This document shows positions 1-13,477 of a stretch of DNA of 64,000 nt, piece after piece. The notes beneath the pieces were generated by a model. It did no database searches. It was not told the origin of the DNA and saw nothing but the letters and a program-made list of their open reading frames with translations. Every line of letters begins with the position of its first letter. Position 1 is the first letter of the stretch. The stretch covers positions 372,001-436,000 of the forward strand of contig OX597818.1 of assembly GCA_951406725.2 (NCBI GenBank). Direction: 5' to 3'. This DNA is from Octopus vulgaris (taxonomy: Eukaryota). Position numbers and translations under genes: made by a program.

Positions 1-1849
1 ATGAAGGTTCAAATCAGAATTTGATGCCACATTGCAGGCTGGGATCACATTTTGTCAGTAATGTTCTCTTAATCCTTCAAGATGTTCATCAAGGATCTGT
101 CAGCCCCTCCTTTTCACTAATAATCATCTATTAATGTGAAATACATCTATATATAACTGCTCCAACAAGGGAGCCTCTGTGTAGTCACTCAATCAGCTAG
201 AAATAACAGTCAAAACTCTCTAATTACACTTTACACATATCAAAAATTCAAAGATACATTAGTAAATGTTACACTGCAAGAAACAGCTGGAATGTCTTTG
301 ATCACAAGTCTGCTAAACCTGGGTCTACAAGGGTTAAACTACAATATTTTTTAATTCAATATAACTAGGGAGCTGCTTTAAATATAATTTAGAATTGTGT
401 TACATGCCTTTCTGTTCTGAGTTCAATTCTTGCTGCAATTAAGTTTGTCTCACATGTACAGTACTAAAATAAGAACCATGTAATTAAACTATTTTCTTGC
501 TTGACGACAAAAGAACTACTTAATTGACTAGTTTAGGGGTAGGGGGCAGACCCCTTTAGTTGACTATATTCCCTTTTTTTCCTTTTTGGAGCAAAAGAGC
601 CATTTAATTGATAATTATTCCATCTCGATAAATATATTTGTAGCTTGGTGCCACTAAAGTGATGAATTATTAATCCAGTAATATTGTTATGTGTATGGAT
701 GAGAATAGCTGTATAAAGTGCCAACTACTTTCAAGAGATGGAATCAATGGAAAAAAGAGAAACTAGGAAAATGTAGGATGAAGACTAATCACAGAATGTT
801 GAGCCTCACAGAGAAGATTAGAAAAGAAAAAAGGACTAAGATGACTTTAGAAAATATTTGCATAATATAAAAAAATATATCAACATACTATTATATTAAA
901 ATATATTACTAAAAAGAAACTTTTAGATGTAAATCTTGTATTTATTTATTAAAAATAACAATGCAATTAATAATGTTTCTGATAAATGAAGGTAGAGAAT
1001 AGCAACATCCTTGTTAAACATTAGAGAACATTGAAACTGATTAAAATGATGTTAATCAGCAAGCTCATTAGTAAGAGCTGTACAGAGATTTACTTTGATA
1101 AATTGTGTTAGAGATTTCTGATAAACCAGAAAGTTCCAGAAAAGAGAAATTACATTTCTAACATCGAAAATATCTTTCTATCAAATTACTGACTTCCAAT
1201 ATCAATGCTTCACTTTATTGTCATCAAATTTAATTACCAACTGCATGGAAAATGGACATTAAATGACAGTGATGATGGTGATGATTTTTTAAAACAGAAA
1301 TTATTTCTTTGATAATCAAAAAGTGTAAAGTATGTAGATAGGTGAGGGACGTGCAATGCTGTGACTTTTATAGCTGTGATTGGTGTTAACTTCCAGAATA
1401 TAACAAGTATGTTGTGAAGCACAATATTGACTTATTATAAGCCTTTAGTATATTTGGTAGTATATTATGGTGGCATAATGGAAAATGGTGTCCCTACCAG
1501 CAATTAATATACACAGAGCAGAGCCAATAGACTAATGACCAAACATAGGTGTGATTTCTGTCACTCTCAGTTACAAGCAGTGCTGCTCCAGGCAAACAGC
1601 AACATAGAACTACAAAGATGAAACCCATGGGTAGTAATAACTGAAGAGGGCCATACAAATGTGTGTGTGAATGTCTGTGCTCATGAATATAGAAGCTTAA
1701 ATGTTTAGCTGACACTTGCAAGTGAGTATGAGATGGTAGCTTGTACCTCACTTTTGCTAGTTGTTTTAGATGACTATGTAGTTGCAAGTAGACACAGGCA
1801 TCTTTTTAGCCTTTCCACACTTAACTCAATGAAACATCAAGGATGTGAC

Positions 1850-2010
1850 AGCTGGAGGAAGAGAAGGTCACACCAGCACCAGGCTGGTACTCATTTATAG
1901 CTGGATAGATTAAAGCAATATGAACTGAAGTGCCTTGCTCAAGGATACAACACACTGCAAAATCCAGGAATCAAACTCATGATCTTATGGTCGTGAACCT
2001 AACACTCAAA
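1850..2010 (-). mobile_element. Degraded tRNA/CORE-type SINE
   Basis: Reverse complement resembles the better-preserved SINE at 63269-63547 (tgaagtgccttgctcaaggatacaacac...ggaatcaaactc). Confidence 0.55.
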
Positions 2011-2039
2011 TAGGCCACAAACACACACACACAGTTACT

Positions 2040-3130
2040 AAAGGAGTTATGGCACAACTGATTGGAAAGAAAATTAACCTAGATGACAGAGAGTTGACAT
2101 TTATATCCTGTTAGAGTAACCTGACATGTTCTTCCTAGTGAGACAACTGCAGGAGAAACCTTAACTAAGAAGACTAAGTAAGCTATTATATCTACCATTG
2201 CTCAATCTAGAAAAAGCCTTGACAGAGTTCCATGCTCTGTAGTCTGTGGTTGCTAAAGAATCTAGGAGTAGATGAGTAGCTTGTGTGGATTATTGAAACC
2301 ATGTACACAGATGCCATCAGCAATGTGAGTGTTAGGTATGAATCAATGAAGAAATTTGACATTCTCAAAGATGTCTGTCAGGGCTTTGTTCTCAGCCTGT
2401 CTCTTGTTTTTTATAATTCTCCAGGTTATATCAGACAAGCTTAAAACCAATTGTCCATGGGAACTCTTGTATGTTAATGCTGTAGCTCTTGTAGTTGAAT
2501 CTGTGCAAGATTTAGAAAATTAATTCCGAAATTGGAAGCAAAACCAGGAATTGAGACACCTCTATGTAAACTATCAAAGACTAAAGTTTTAGATAGACAG
2601 AAAGCAGATGGGACTTTAATTACTGCCTTCTGGGAAATGGCTATGCAATATACAGAAAAGGTGGCAGTAGATATTCCATGAGGTATGCACAATATAAGAA
2701 ATAGATGCATAAGAGATGTATCAGGTAAGTTGACAAAAATAGAGACTCTGTGTGCAACTTTGTAAGTACAAATCGTAGCAAGACAGAGGCCTTTAATGCA
2801 GAGAATATATGAGAAATGGACAGTAATGAAGCAAGCCATTCTGTTTGGGATATATAACCTTAATGTGTATAAATGACACAACATGAATGGGCAGAGAGAA
2901 AAACTGGGTAAAAAACAAACCAAGAAAGACCTGCACTGGTAGGGACATGAGATGCATATGGAAGTCAGTTATGTAAAGAAATGTCACATTTGAAGTGAAA
3001 GGAATCTGTTGAAGAGGAAGACATGGGACTAAGTGGAGAAGACAGATCTCAAAAAGCTGATCCTCACCAAGAAGAGGACAAAAGACTACGACAAGTGACA
3101 AAATGCTACGCTGAAAATCTTCTTGACCCA
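2040..3130 (+). mobile_element. Old, frameshifted RTE-clade LINE reverse-transcriptase relic
   Basis: Degenerate matches to FLVRQLQEK, DLEKAFDRVP, LGVDEW, QGSVLSP and CPWELLY, in the same order as the intact RTE at 46.7-48.5 kb where the two overlap. Many stops. Confidence 0.75.
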
Positions 3131-6100
3131 TGCAATTATACAAAAATAAATAAATAAAATGATAAATGGTGATAGAAGTTGGGATGATTAACACCTACAT
3201 TTGGACCTGTCATGCCCTTTAAGTTCATGTTAAGTTTCCCTGTTACCAACCAACTTTGTTACTATTTACTACCACTATTTTTAAGACTCATTTATTTATC
3301 ACTTACTTCTGCTCTCCAATCACTTTCTCTTTTTCACATTATTCTCCCTTTTTTCACTCCTTCACCATTCTCATTCTCTCTCTCTCTCTTTCTTTCAATC
3401 CCTCTCAGAATAGAGGCAACATGGAGAAAAGGAGATTCTCCTCAAATTGTTGTTTGAGAGGAGATAACCTCTCCAGTGTTGGTGCCATAATAAAATGCTC
3501 CCCAGTACATTCTGTTGCATTGTTGGTAATAGGAAAGACATCTAGCTATAGAAATTATGCCAAAAATAGAACATATGAATGTGATGTGATTTCTGGTTCA
3601 TCTAGGAGGATGGTAACTCTGAATAAGAACTGATTCAGACTGTGTTGAACATCTAACACATGACAGCATGGAAAAATGGATGTAAAATGATAATAATGAA
3701 GTCACATACACACAAAAAAATTTCTAAAATATTTAGGGGTTCTGTTTGTCTGTCAGCCTGCTCCTATCTCTCTCCAGCAAGACACCTGTTTCAGCCCCTC
3801 TATCAGAGTTTAACCCCTCATCATCAGGAATAAAGCCACCTCTCAGTTGAGGGGATCTTTGTTTTGCAAGTTACTTGATGACTTTACCAGTACCAGTTTC
3901 CAGCAAAAAGCATTCAGTACACTCTGTAAAGTGATTGGCATTAGGAAGAGCATCCAGCCATGCCAAAGTTGATAGTAGAGCTTAGTGCAGCCCTGAGAAA
4001 CCATCCAACCCAAGCCTGCATAGAAAGTGAACATTAAATGATGATGACACACACACATACACACACAAAAACTCAGCAAATGATAATCCAAAAGAAGCAG
4101 AATTCTAGGAAACTACCCCCACCCACACACATGCATACACAGGTCCACAAACATCATTCACTTAGCAACAGTTGTCAGACATAATTGTAACTTGTGCGGC
4201 TACACAAATTCTCCAGGTTTGTCAGTAATCTTCAGATCAATGTTCCTCACAGAAAGAAACAAGAAATCAACAGCAACTTTTATAAGCATGATTAGATTTT
4301 TTTTTTTTATTGATAGGTCGCTAAGTCAATTGCCTCTCACAGAAACCAGATTCAGAAAATAGCAAGAAAATAAATTACAAACCAAACCAGGAATGTTATC
4401 TTTATCAATTACCATGGATTCTACTAGTCTGCATCACCATCACCATCATAATGATAATAATAATAACCAACAAGATAACAAAACAAAGAATTTTGTTTTG
4501 TTTTCTTTCTACCTAGATTTTATTATCCTCATTCTTAGAGAAGGAATTGCTGAGGAATAGCCAGAGCAATGGTGGCGCTGAGCTTCATTATATTTGGTTA
4601 ACTTAAGATAAGATTGACTTGGTTTGTTTCTTTGAACAAATTCATTTGTGTGGGAGAGAGAAAGAGAAAGAAAGAGGAAAATGAGAGGAGAGAGAGGGGG
4701 AGGAAGGAGAATAGAGAGAAGGAGAGAGGAAAAGAATATTTGAAACTTGTTTTATTGCTCTTTAGCCTTACCCCAGCCATGATCAAGCAGACTCTCTGAT
4801 AAGGATGGCATTCTAACCATGAGCAACCTGTGTTTTTAACCACCCTTTGGTCCCACTCCCACAAAAGAAACAGTGTCAAGAGGACTACATTATCTAATGT
4901 GCTGCCCTTCTGTTTTTGAGGGTTTGCTCTAGCATCCCATCACTACCACCCTATCTTCCCAGTTATACTCATCTACCCACTCTCATTAAACACAAGGTAG
5001 CTATGTATTATCTCTATAGCAAGACACCAACACTATCATAGCCTCTCAGCACCTGACATAAATCCACCCAACACCCAAATATTCCCCCTCTCCATTAAGC
5101 CAAGGGGCTTTTTCTGTTTCTTTCCTTTTTCCTTTTCCCCTCTTGTAAGTTACTTGACAGCTTCACAAGTGTTGGAGGTGTACAATAGAAACACCCAGTA
5201 TACACTGTAAAGTGGTTAGTATAAAGAAAGGTATCTGACTGTAGAAACCATGCCAAAGCTGACATTGTGGCCATTGCAGCACTGCATCTTGCTGGATCCT
5301 GTCAAACTGTTCAACCTATGCTAGCAAGAAAAATAGATACTAAATGATGATGTAATTTCAGGGAGATATGGCTGCTATTTCAAGCTGATTAAGCAAATAC
5401 TAGAGGTACCTGTAGTGACATGTGTTTTTCAGCTATTTTCCAACAGCATCACATATAATAAGCATATTTAGGTTCCTTTATTTTTTCTTTGTTTCAAAAA
5501 AAAAAGCTTAAAAATTTTACATTTCTTTCCTTACCAGTTCCAGATATGTGATATAATTTTGTAAATTTTGACATTTTGCAATTCTGCTAAATACATTTAG
5601 AATTACCTGAACTAATGGGGAAGTTAATGATGTACTCAAAACAGAATGATATAATTAGGAGATGGTCATGGCTAGACTGTTTGTACCCAGAGATAAACTC
5701 AATCATAGCATACAAACCACCACTGTACCACATACAATTAACCACCACACGTCAGAAATAGACAGAGCAGCAAAAAGAGATCAACACATTCTAACTGCAA
5801 CATTGCCACAGACAATTAACCACTGCATGTCAGGATGTGCATCGTTGTCTTCTACTAGACAGAGGCATGCTGTAGAGAGCATTTAATAATTCAGGCTGTA
5901 ACCTAAGGGCCAAAGAGACATCTGGATCAGGGCTAACTTGGGACTTATCTAACAACATTATCCCAAGATTCCTCAATACCAGTTTTAATAGAACATAGGT
6001 TTGCATCTATATGATATTAATTTACTTAGTTTTATGTTTTCAGTCCGTCCAGGGACTTAGTATTTGCAAATTAGAAAAATACATGTTGGAAGTTAAAATT

Positions 6101-6356
6101 TAGTGTTGTGGATGTGCAACATAGAACTACAAAATGCTAAATGGAACTACATGGTGCTACAAATTTCTATAGCATGCTGTTATAGGATTCTCTAACAAGG
6201 AACAACAAAATGCTATATGATGGTACAAAATGCTACATGGGACTACAAAATTCTACAGCATGGAGTTACAAAATGCAACAAGAAGCTGCAAAGTTCTACA
6301 ACATGAAGCTATAAAATACATAGTTATAAAATGATATAACATGGAATTACAAAATG
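6101..6356. repeat. Degenerate minisatellite of roughly 20-nt units (catggaactacaaaatgcta-like)
   Basis: ctacaaaatgct / ttacaaaatg recurs about ten times. Confidence 0.65.
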
Positions 6357-6475
6357 TGACAAATCCTGATTTCCCAGGTAGTTACTTCTCAACATGTATC
6401 AACTAATTAATATTGACTTCCAATATTAGACTTACCTATTTTTATATAACTATATATATATGCATATATATAGAT

Positions 6476-6493
<18 letters not shown>

Positions 6494-6541
<48 letters not shown>
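6494..6541. repeat. (TA)n microsatellite
   Basis: Seen directly. Confidence 0.95.
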
Positions 6542-6542
<1 letters not shown>

Positions 6543-6913
6543 AATGAATGTTTTTATATATAATGAACGTGAAATACAGGAAGGGACGAACACGGAACAC
6601 AGACAAATCATTCGAAGCCTTCAATCTTCAGTCAGACACCGAATCATCATAGCAAATTTCGGCTGTTCAATTCTGATATTTGCTCCAACTCGGCCAGCCC
6701 CAAGAAAAAAACTAAGCTGTAAGCATTAGATTTCTTGGTAGAAGACAGGAATGTGAACGCACAAGACGGATGTGAATACAAGAGACGAAAACGAAATTGA
6801 AAACAGTAATGAATAAACAAAATATATATAACGGTGGTTGTCATACGACTTTAGACCAAATGAGACAAAAACACAATATATATATATATATAATCATTAT
6901 GTGTGAGCAGGTA

Positions 6914-6928
<15 letters not shown>

Positions 6929-6993
<65 letters not shown>
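6929..6993. repeat. (GA)n microsatellite flanked by (TG)n
   Basis: Seen directly; source of the spurious ERER/LSLS ORFs. Confidence 0.95.
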
Positions 6994-6997
<4 letters not shown>

Positions 6998-7811
6998 TGT
7001 GTGTGTGTGTACACATACATACAAACATGTAAACCTCCACAACATATATACTTTAACACAGAGATATTCTTATGAAATTCTAAACTGAACAAATTAAAAC
7101 TGTTATGTTTGTTTTAATAAATTAAATAATGAAAATAGATTTTTGTTACTGTTGAAATAATAGAATAACTCCATCATTATAGCCACTCCTACAATGTTTC
7201 AGCTAAACATCTGGTTAAATACTTGGCAAGCTAATGCTCATGCCTATTAAGAGCAACTACTAGTACATCAAATAGTAGTTTACTAACAAGCTATTGTTCC
7301 TGTTTATTAAGGGAGATTACTAAACTAGTTTACTATAGTGTATAGCAGTTTAGTCCAGTTGATGATGGGTATCAATAGCAGTTAATGAACTCAGGTATGG
7401 AATTTACTAATATTAGATATTACATGTTTGTTTGTGTCAATTTTCACCCAAGTTGAACCAACTCCACTCAGTGATTCCACACCACTGCAAACAAAAACTG
7501 ACTGCACTCACTGATCACAGATGTCCAATGTGGAGACCATCAACTAATCACAATTCCGATACTGGACTGCTTCAGGAGTAATTTGAAGACCTTGTAAACC
7601 CAGTTCCTCTGGTTGATGTTTATAAACAAGTTTTTCTAAATTATCATACAACTTAGAGTTGTATCCTCTTTGATTTGATAAATCTTCATTGATTTGGAAA
7701 GGGGTTACTGTTTTGTCCTATGAAATGTGTTCCATCTTTCAAGATCTCAGCGACCAAAGCATAGTCTAAAGCAAGAACTAAGGATTATGGTAATTGACAC
7801 AATCCACTTAC

Positions 7812-7949
7812 TCTTTCCCGTTCCAGTGCTGCTTTTTCTACAATTTCATCATGTTTTTTCTTGAGTTGGTTGATGAGTTCCTGCTCAACCTGTAACTCAT
7901 TCATTTCAGTCTGGTGTTCCCCTTCTAATAAGGCCTGTTCGAATTCCAA
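7812..7949 (-). CDS. PHLDB-like coding exon, 138 nt, phase 0-0: LEFEQALLEGEHQTEMNELQVEQELINQLKKKHDEIVEKAALERER
   Basis: Acceptor cttttgtttttctttcag|TTGGAA and donor AGA|GTAAGT. The joined peptide EAIRE/LEFEQALLEGE resembles the PHLDB1/2 coiled-coil motif (E.EMERALL.GE, from recall). Too short to appear in the ORF track. Confidence 0.88.
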
Positions 7950-8825
7950 CTGAAAGAAAAACAAAAGTGGAGATTATAACGATTCTTCATATGGGTACAT
8001 AGCATAGCCACAGACATTCAGTGTTGTAGATGTGCAACATGGAATTACAAAATGCTAAATGGAACTTCTGGTGCTACAAATTTCTACAGAAATGGTTTGA
8101 CTCATAGCCACAGACATTTGTAGGAGAGAAAAATGTTTGACAAATGGATGTGATCATTTGTGAGGAAGAAAAGTGGTTCAAATCATAAGTGAAGATGTTT
8201 GTAGAATTACTTTGCATTTCACTGCTTGTTGATAAATGTAATCATAAACCTTTTGAACTAAGAGTAGCGACTTATCTTTGGAACTTGTATTTAATAAATT
8301 ATTGACTTTTTAAAACACCTGAGTTGGATATAAACATCATACATTTATGTCCTGCACTCCCCTGAAACACAAGCAACATGGAGTATTGCATCCAGGAACA
8401 ATCTTTTAGTTATTAAGAAGTGGTCAATGTTAAAGGTTTGAGATGTCATCAAAATGTTGTCTTTTTATTTATATCAGAAATGTATTTTTAGCATTAGTTA
8501 GTAATAGTTATTTTGGACATATAGCAAAATCAGACACACACACACACAGAGTCATTTTAACATTCACTTTCCAGGCTTGCATCTGACTAAGCTTATTGAG
8601 ATAGATTTTCTATGGCTGGATACCCTTCCTGTTGCTAACCCTCATCTGTTTCCAAGTAAGGTAATATTTCTCCCAAGGTCAGATATGTTTTCAGAAAATA
8701 TTAGAAATGAATGGCACTCCTTTCATGGCAGTGACACTCATTTACAATTATTATGTGATTCCAAGACAAGGACACACACACATGCAACAGGTTTCTTTCA
8801 GTTTCTGTCTACCAGATGTATTAAT

Positions 8826-9210
8826 CTTTTACTTGTTTCAGTCATTTGACTGTGGCCATGCTGGAGCATCGCTTTTAGTTGAGTACATCGACCCCAAGAC
8901 TTATTCTTTGTAAGCCTAGTACCTATTCTATCGGTACCTTTTGTTGAGCCGCTAAGTTACAGGGACGTAAACACACCAGCATTGGTTGTCAAGCTATGTT
9001 GGGGGGGACAAACACAGACACACAAACATACACACACACATATATATACGATGGGCTTCTTTCAGTTTCCATCTACCAAATCCACTCACAAGGCTTTGGT
9101 TGCCCCAAGGTTATAGTAGAAAACACTTGCCCAAGGTGCCACACAGTAGGACTGAACCCGGAACCATGTAGTTCATAAGCAAGCTACTTACCACACAGCC
9201 ACTCCTATGC
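8826..9210 (-). mobile_element. tRNA-derived SINE of a high-copy family (other copies near 9220-9320, 32860-33010, 44740-44895, 48625-48770, 54975-55350, 59680-60030; plus-strand copies near 15790-15905 and 45375-45530)
   Basis: Shared block gggcttctttcagtttccatctaccaaatccactcacaaggctttgg...actgaacccggaaccatgt...cttaccacacagccac. Its reverse complement starts with A-box (tggctgtgtgg) and B-box (ggttcagtcc) like motifs. Confidence 0.8.
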
Positions 9211-9447
9211 CTATAAGCTTTGATCAACCCAGGGCTATAGAAGGTACTTGCCCTAGGTGCTATGCTGTGAGACTGAACATGAAACCATGTGGTAGGGGAA
9301 CCAAATTTGTTAACAACACATTTTATGATCAACAGATTGATAACTTGACAAACACAGATGGATAGATAGATAAAGATAGATAGACAGACAGATATATATA
9401 TCTGCGACTCTTAATGTTTTAAATCCCGCTGAGCTCAACTTTACCAT

Positions 9448-9655
9448 AAGCACCATCCGACTGTGGCCGTTTGCCAGCCCCGTCTGGCACTCACTACACT
9501 CATGGAGTGGTTGGCGTTAGGAAGGGCATCCAGCCGTAGAAACATTGCCAGATGAGACTGGGCCTGGTGCAGCCTTCTGGGCTTCCCAGACCCCAGTTGA
9601 ACCGTCCAACCCATGCTAGCATGGAAAGCGGACACTAAATGATGATGATGATGAT
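9448..9655 (+). mobile_element. 3' tail of young RTE LINE, ending in (GAT)n
   Basis: Near-identical to the reverse complement of 16295-16452 and similar to 46711-46875. Confidence 0.85.
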
Positions 9656-9660
9656 ATATA

Positions 9661-9663
<3 letters not shown>

Positions 9664-9729
<66 letters not shown>
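9664..9729. repeat. (GA)n microsatellite, reading (CU)n in the pre-mRNA about 15 nt downstream of the exon donor
   Basis: Seen directly. Confidence 0.95.
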
Positions 9730-9744
9730 CAAATATTAACATAC

Positions 9745-9870
9745 TTCTCTGATAGCTTCATTCTCCTGGTTTTCAATTTCTACAATTTCTTTCTTCAAGT
9801 CTGCAATTTTCAACAGTAAGTCTCCCTTTGATTTCTTCAATCTGCCCAACTGACGCCACAATTCAGATTC
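9745..9870 (-). CDS. PHLDB-like coding exon, 126 nt, phase 0-0: ESELWRQLGRLKKSKGDLLLKIADLKKEIVEIENQENEAIRE
   Basis: Acceptor tttctgtgtttcttctaag|GAATCT and donor GAA|GTATGT. Open frame with heptad coiled-coil character; phase-compatible with both flanking exons. Confidence 0.85.
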
Positions 9871-11289
9871 CTTAGAAGAAACACAGAAATAGATTTCATA
9901 CAGAATTGCAAATTCAATGAAGTACTCATCAACTTCTGACAAATGATAGGGGTCTTCTAAGTATTAGTGATACCAGTAATATAATGAGGTTGACTCAACA
10001 GACTAGCTCACCACCTCTATAAAATTGGGCAGAAAAACAAGTGATTTCCTTTTCATTGTTTTTTGACTTCTAATCTGTCTGCTGTTGACAAAACAAAATA
10101 GAGGTGGAGTATGATGCCACAGGTAAAAAAATATACAATAATAAACCTAAAATAATAGTTCTAAACAGAATTCAATAAAGCAATATTGAACATTATAGAC
10201 TAGAAAAGGAAGTGGTAAATAAAACAAGAAAGATTGATTATTAACTTTTGAGTCTTGATTTGAAACACTGCCTTATGTTTTAAGGAAGTTTTATTTTACT
10301 TGCTGGGTCTGCAAGAAGGAGCAGTGCTTATGACCTTTGCAGCCCTTCATTTATACCACTGATGATCCTCTTGAACCTTTCTAAGTTAACACCTGTGGAA
10401 CAGGTACAAGCAGGGAGCATCAAAGAGAAAATTGTCTCAGTAAAACAAAATGAAGACCAGACCGTTCCATGTCATATATGATTCCAAGATTAGTTTTAGC
10501 AGAACATTCATCTCCAAGAACATACATTTCCCAAGAAACTGAAATAACTAAGCTTCTACACCAATTCTTGCCAGAGTTAAGGTAACAAATTTACAACTGC
10601 TACAATTAATCTATCTTATTTCCTCAGTGCTATACTAGGTAATATGTCTTGTCTAGATTTTTAACTGACTCTCGTGTCTCTCTTACTCATCACATATATA
10701 TATACACTCATACACGAGAGAAAGATAAAACGTTAGGTCTATAAGAGTTACTTCCCTTTAATTATTATCTCTAATTTAAAATTTACTTCGTCTTGCTCAG
10801 CAATAAATATTCCAAACAGGGAAACGGAAGCGAAAGTAGTAACGTCTTATTCTACACACACATATATACCCTCGTTTCTAATCCATACACAAACACGCAC
10901 CACCTCCTTGATTCTGATACCTACTTACAGACAACTGGTTCTAGTCCCTGCCTACCTTGGAATCCATTATCAAACCCTCCAGAACATTCTACATTAGCTA
11001 CGAGAAGTAACCTTATGCTGGCTTTAAACTAAAACTGATCTTAATTGAAATGTTGTAACTAGTTATGCTATTTAATAGTAGAAGTTAATGGTTATGTTGA
11101 GTTCAAATCTTCCCAAAGTCAGCCTTACAGCTCATCCTTCAGTGGTTGACATAATAAGGTATCTGATGTACCACTCAAATACAGGGCTTGCTATAATGAA
11201 GTCCCGTTCATACGGGGCTTATTTAATGAACAGCTTTGCAGTATTTCGTCTGTCTTTATGTTCTGAGTTCAAATTCCGCTGAGGTTGAC

Positions 11290-11580
11290 TTTCGGAAACA
11301 ATTTTTCATGCTAAGAGTTGCTGAAGCATGGAACAGACTGCCGACATCAGTTGTTAGTTGTCGGAGCATTGCATCCTTCAAAACTTCCATGCTTCCTGAG
11401 ATTCACCAACACTACACCTGATTTTCTCCCCTCCATACACACGCAGGCATGTATCTGATTCATACACTGTTCACTTCCAAGACATTCGTACGTTACTGCT
11501 TATGCTTTATATGCACTTTTGACAAGTTGTGGAGCACCTGAGCACTGTATACAATAATTTCATTATTATTATTATTATTA
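11290..11580 (+). mobile_element. 5'-truncated CR1/L2-group LINE 3' end with (ATT)n tail, nested in a SINE
   Basis: Encodes FRKQFFMLRVAEAWNRLPTSVVSCRSIASFKT, typical of the CR1 ORF2 C-terminus (FF..RV...WN.LP..VV.....FK), followed by 3' UTR and ATT tail. Confidence 0.8.
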
Positions 11581-11761
11581 CCTTTCCTTCTTTTCAGGGT
11601 CAATAAAATAAGTACCAGTTGAGTACTGGAGTCAATATTTCAACTTAGCCCCTCCCGAAATTGCTGACCTTGAGCCAAAATTTGAAATCGCCGTAGTCGT
11701 CGTTATTATTATTATTATTATTATTATCATCATTATTAATAATAATAATAATAATAATAAT

Positions 11762-11960
11762 AAGGCGGCAAGCTGGCAGAATTGTTAGCAAGCTGGGCAA
11801 AATGCTTAGCAGAATTTCATCTGTCAGTACATTCTGAGTTCAACTTTGCCTTTCATCCTTTCAGGGTTGATAAAATAAGTACCATTTGGGCTTTGGGGTT
11901 GATGTAATCGACTTACTCACAGCACCGAATTTACTGGCCTTGTACCTAAATTTGAAACCA
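11762..11960 (+). mobile_element. tRNA-derived SINE (ggcggcgagctggcagaa family)
   Basis: Same family as 18846-19063, 42100-42315 and 60780-60990 (minus strand); conserved block ctttgcctttcatcctttcagggtygataaa.taagtacca. Confidence 0.8.
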
Positions 11961-13443
11961 CTGTTTCAAAGGCAGTGGAAGGCAGAAATTGTAGGAATCC
12001 AGACTAAAAATGGTAGAATTGGAAAGGAACTAGACCAAAAAATGGCAAATGAATCACACAGTCCATCCACTCAGTGGGCTGTTACAGTTTCATCGTCATC
12101 ATTTCACATCTGTTTTCCATGCTGGCATGGGTCGGATGAATTGACCGCAGCTAGCAAGCAGGGTAGCTGCATCAGGTTCCAATCTAATTTAGCTTGGTTT
12201 TTATGACTGGATTAGGTGATTTTCACGTGGCACTAGCATGGCTGCCTTTATGTGGCACTGGCATGGGTGCTTTTTATGTGGCACTGGCACAGGGCTCTTG
12301 CAGGCCAATCCTCTTCCGTAGGGGAAGCAGCATTAACACTTCTGTTGTGGAGGATGGGTCAGCAAGGAGTCAAATGTCCTTTGACATCTCCTATGTAAGG
12401 TTTAGTGTCTTGAGATCATCCTTCAGTACTTCATCCAATGTCTTCCTGGCTCTTTTCTTTGACAAGGTATAGGTTGACCTTAAGGTCGCAGAAAAGGGTA
12501 TTAGCCCAGGATGCCATGTAATGTTATTATAACTGGGACCTTGTGGTGACAAACAAACCTCTTAACCATTTGGCCATCATGTGCTTAGACACGCACATAT
12601 AACATACATTTATATGTGTGTGTAAGATCACTCATCATCTCCTTATCACTCATCCCCCTACCACTCAACTATCAACTGTTCTATTTTGCAGTTGTAATTA
12701 ATGAAAGTAGAACCGGTTGCTACATTTCATAACATCATTCTTTCAGTACTGCAAATCATCACCCACTCCCTTTCTCCTGATCCACATAACCACCCTAACT
12801 CATATTTACTATCAATCCTCTTCACCCTTGTTCACCCTCAATATACTTCCAAGCACCTTCACTCCTATTTCTAGCCATTTTTAGCACACACTCCCACCTA
12901 CATTCTTACAACTATTTCCTGTCCATCTTGATTCCTCTGTCTTCAAGGTGTCATCTATTTACCTTCACGGACAAGTCATCTTTAGTGTATACTCTGGTTC
13001 TTCATCCCATCCACCCCCGCACTCACCCATATATAATGAAGAGTTATCATAGATCTTTTCCACAACAATAAAATAGTTCTTGTTCCTCATACCACAGAAT
13101 AACCTATGAACAGCTCATATAAATTTACCTATTTCTCTTTCATAATCCCACACAGTTGAGGGGTCCATTATTCTAGCAAGTTGCAAAGTGACCTCACTTA
13201 TGCTGGTGCAATAAAAACGGTACCCAGTACACTGTAAAAGTTACTGTCATTAGGGAGGGTATTAAGCAGTAGAAACCCTGACAAAACTGAAACATATGAG
13301 TAACACTGGACCCTATTGAGTCATCAAATCCATGAGTAGAAAATATGATGATTGTTTATATATTTCCTGAGCGCCATACTAATACAATTGTTCGTTTGTT
13401 TTCCACCTGCCTTCGTCTTTTGTCTATTTTCATAAAGCTTCCC

Positions 13444-13477
<34 letters not shown>

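Noticed and set aside
3775-3835. Minus-strand CUGAUGA...GAAAC...GUC
   Set aside because: No stem I and no proper stem II closure; gaaacaggtg is part of another repeat also seen near 34285.
6560-6875. CpG-retaining unclassified repeat with ggctg...cagccgaaa on the minus strand
   Set aside because: No CUGANGA correctly placed before the stem, so no ribozyme or family call can be supported.
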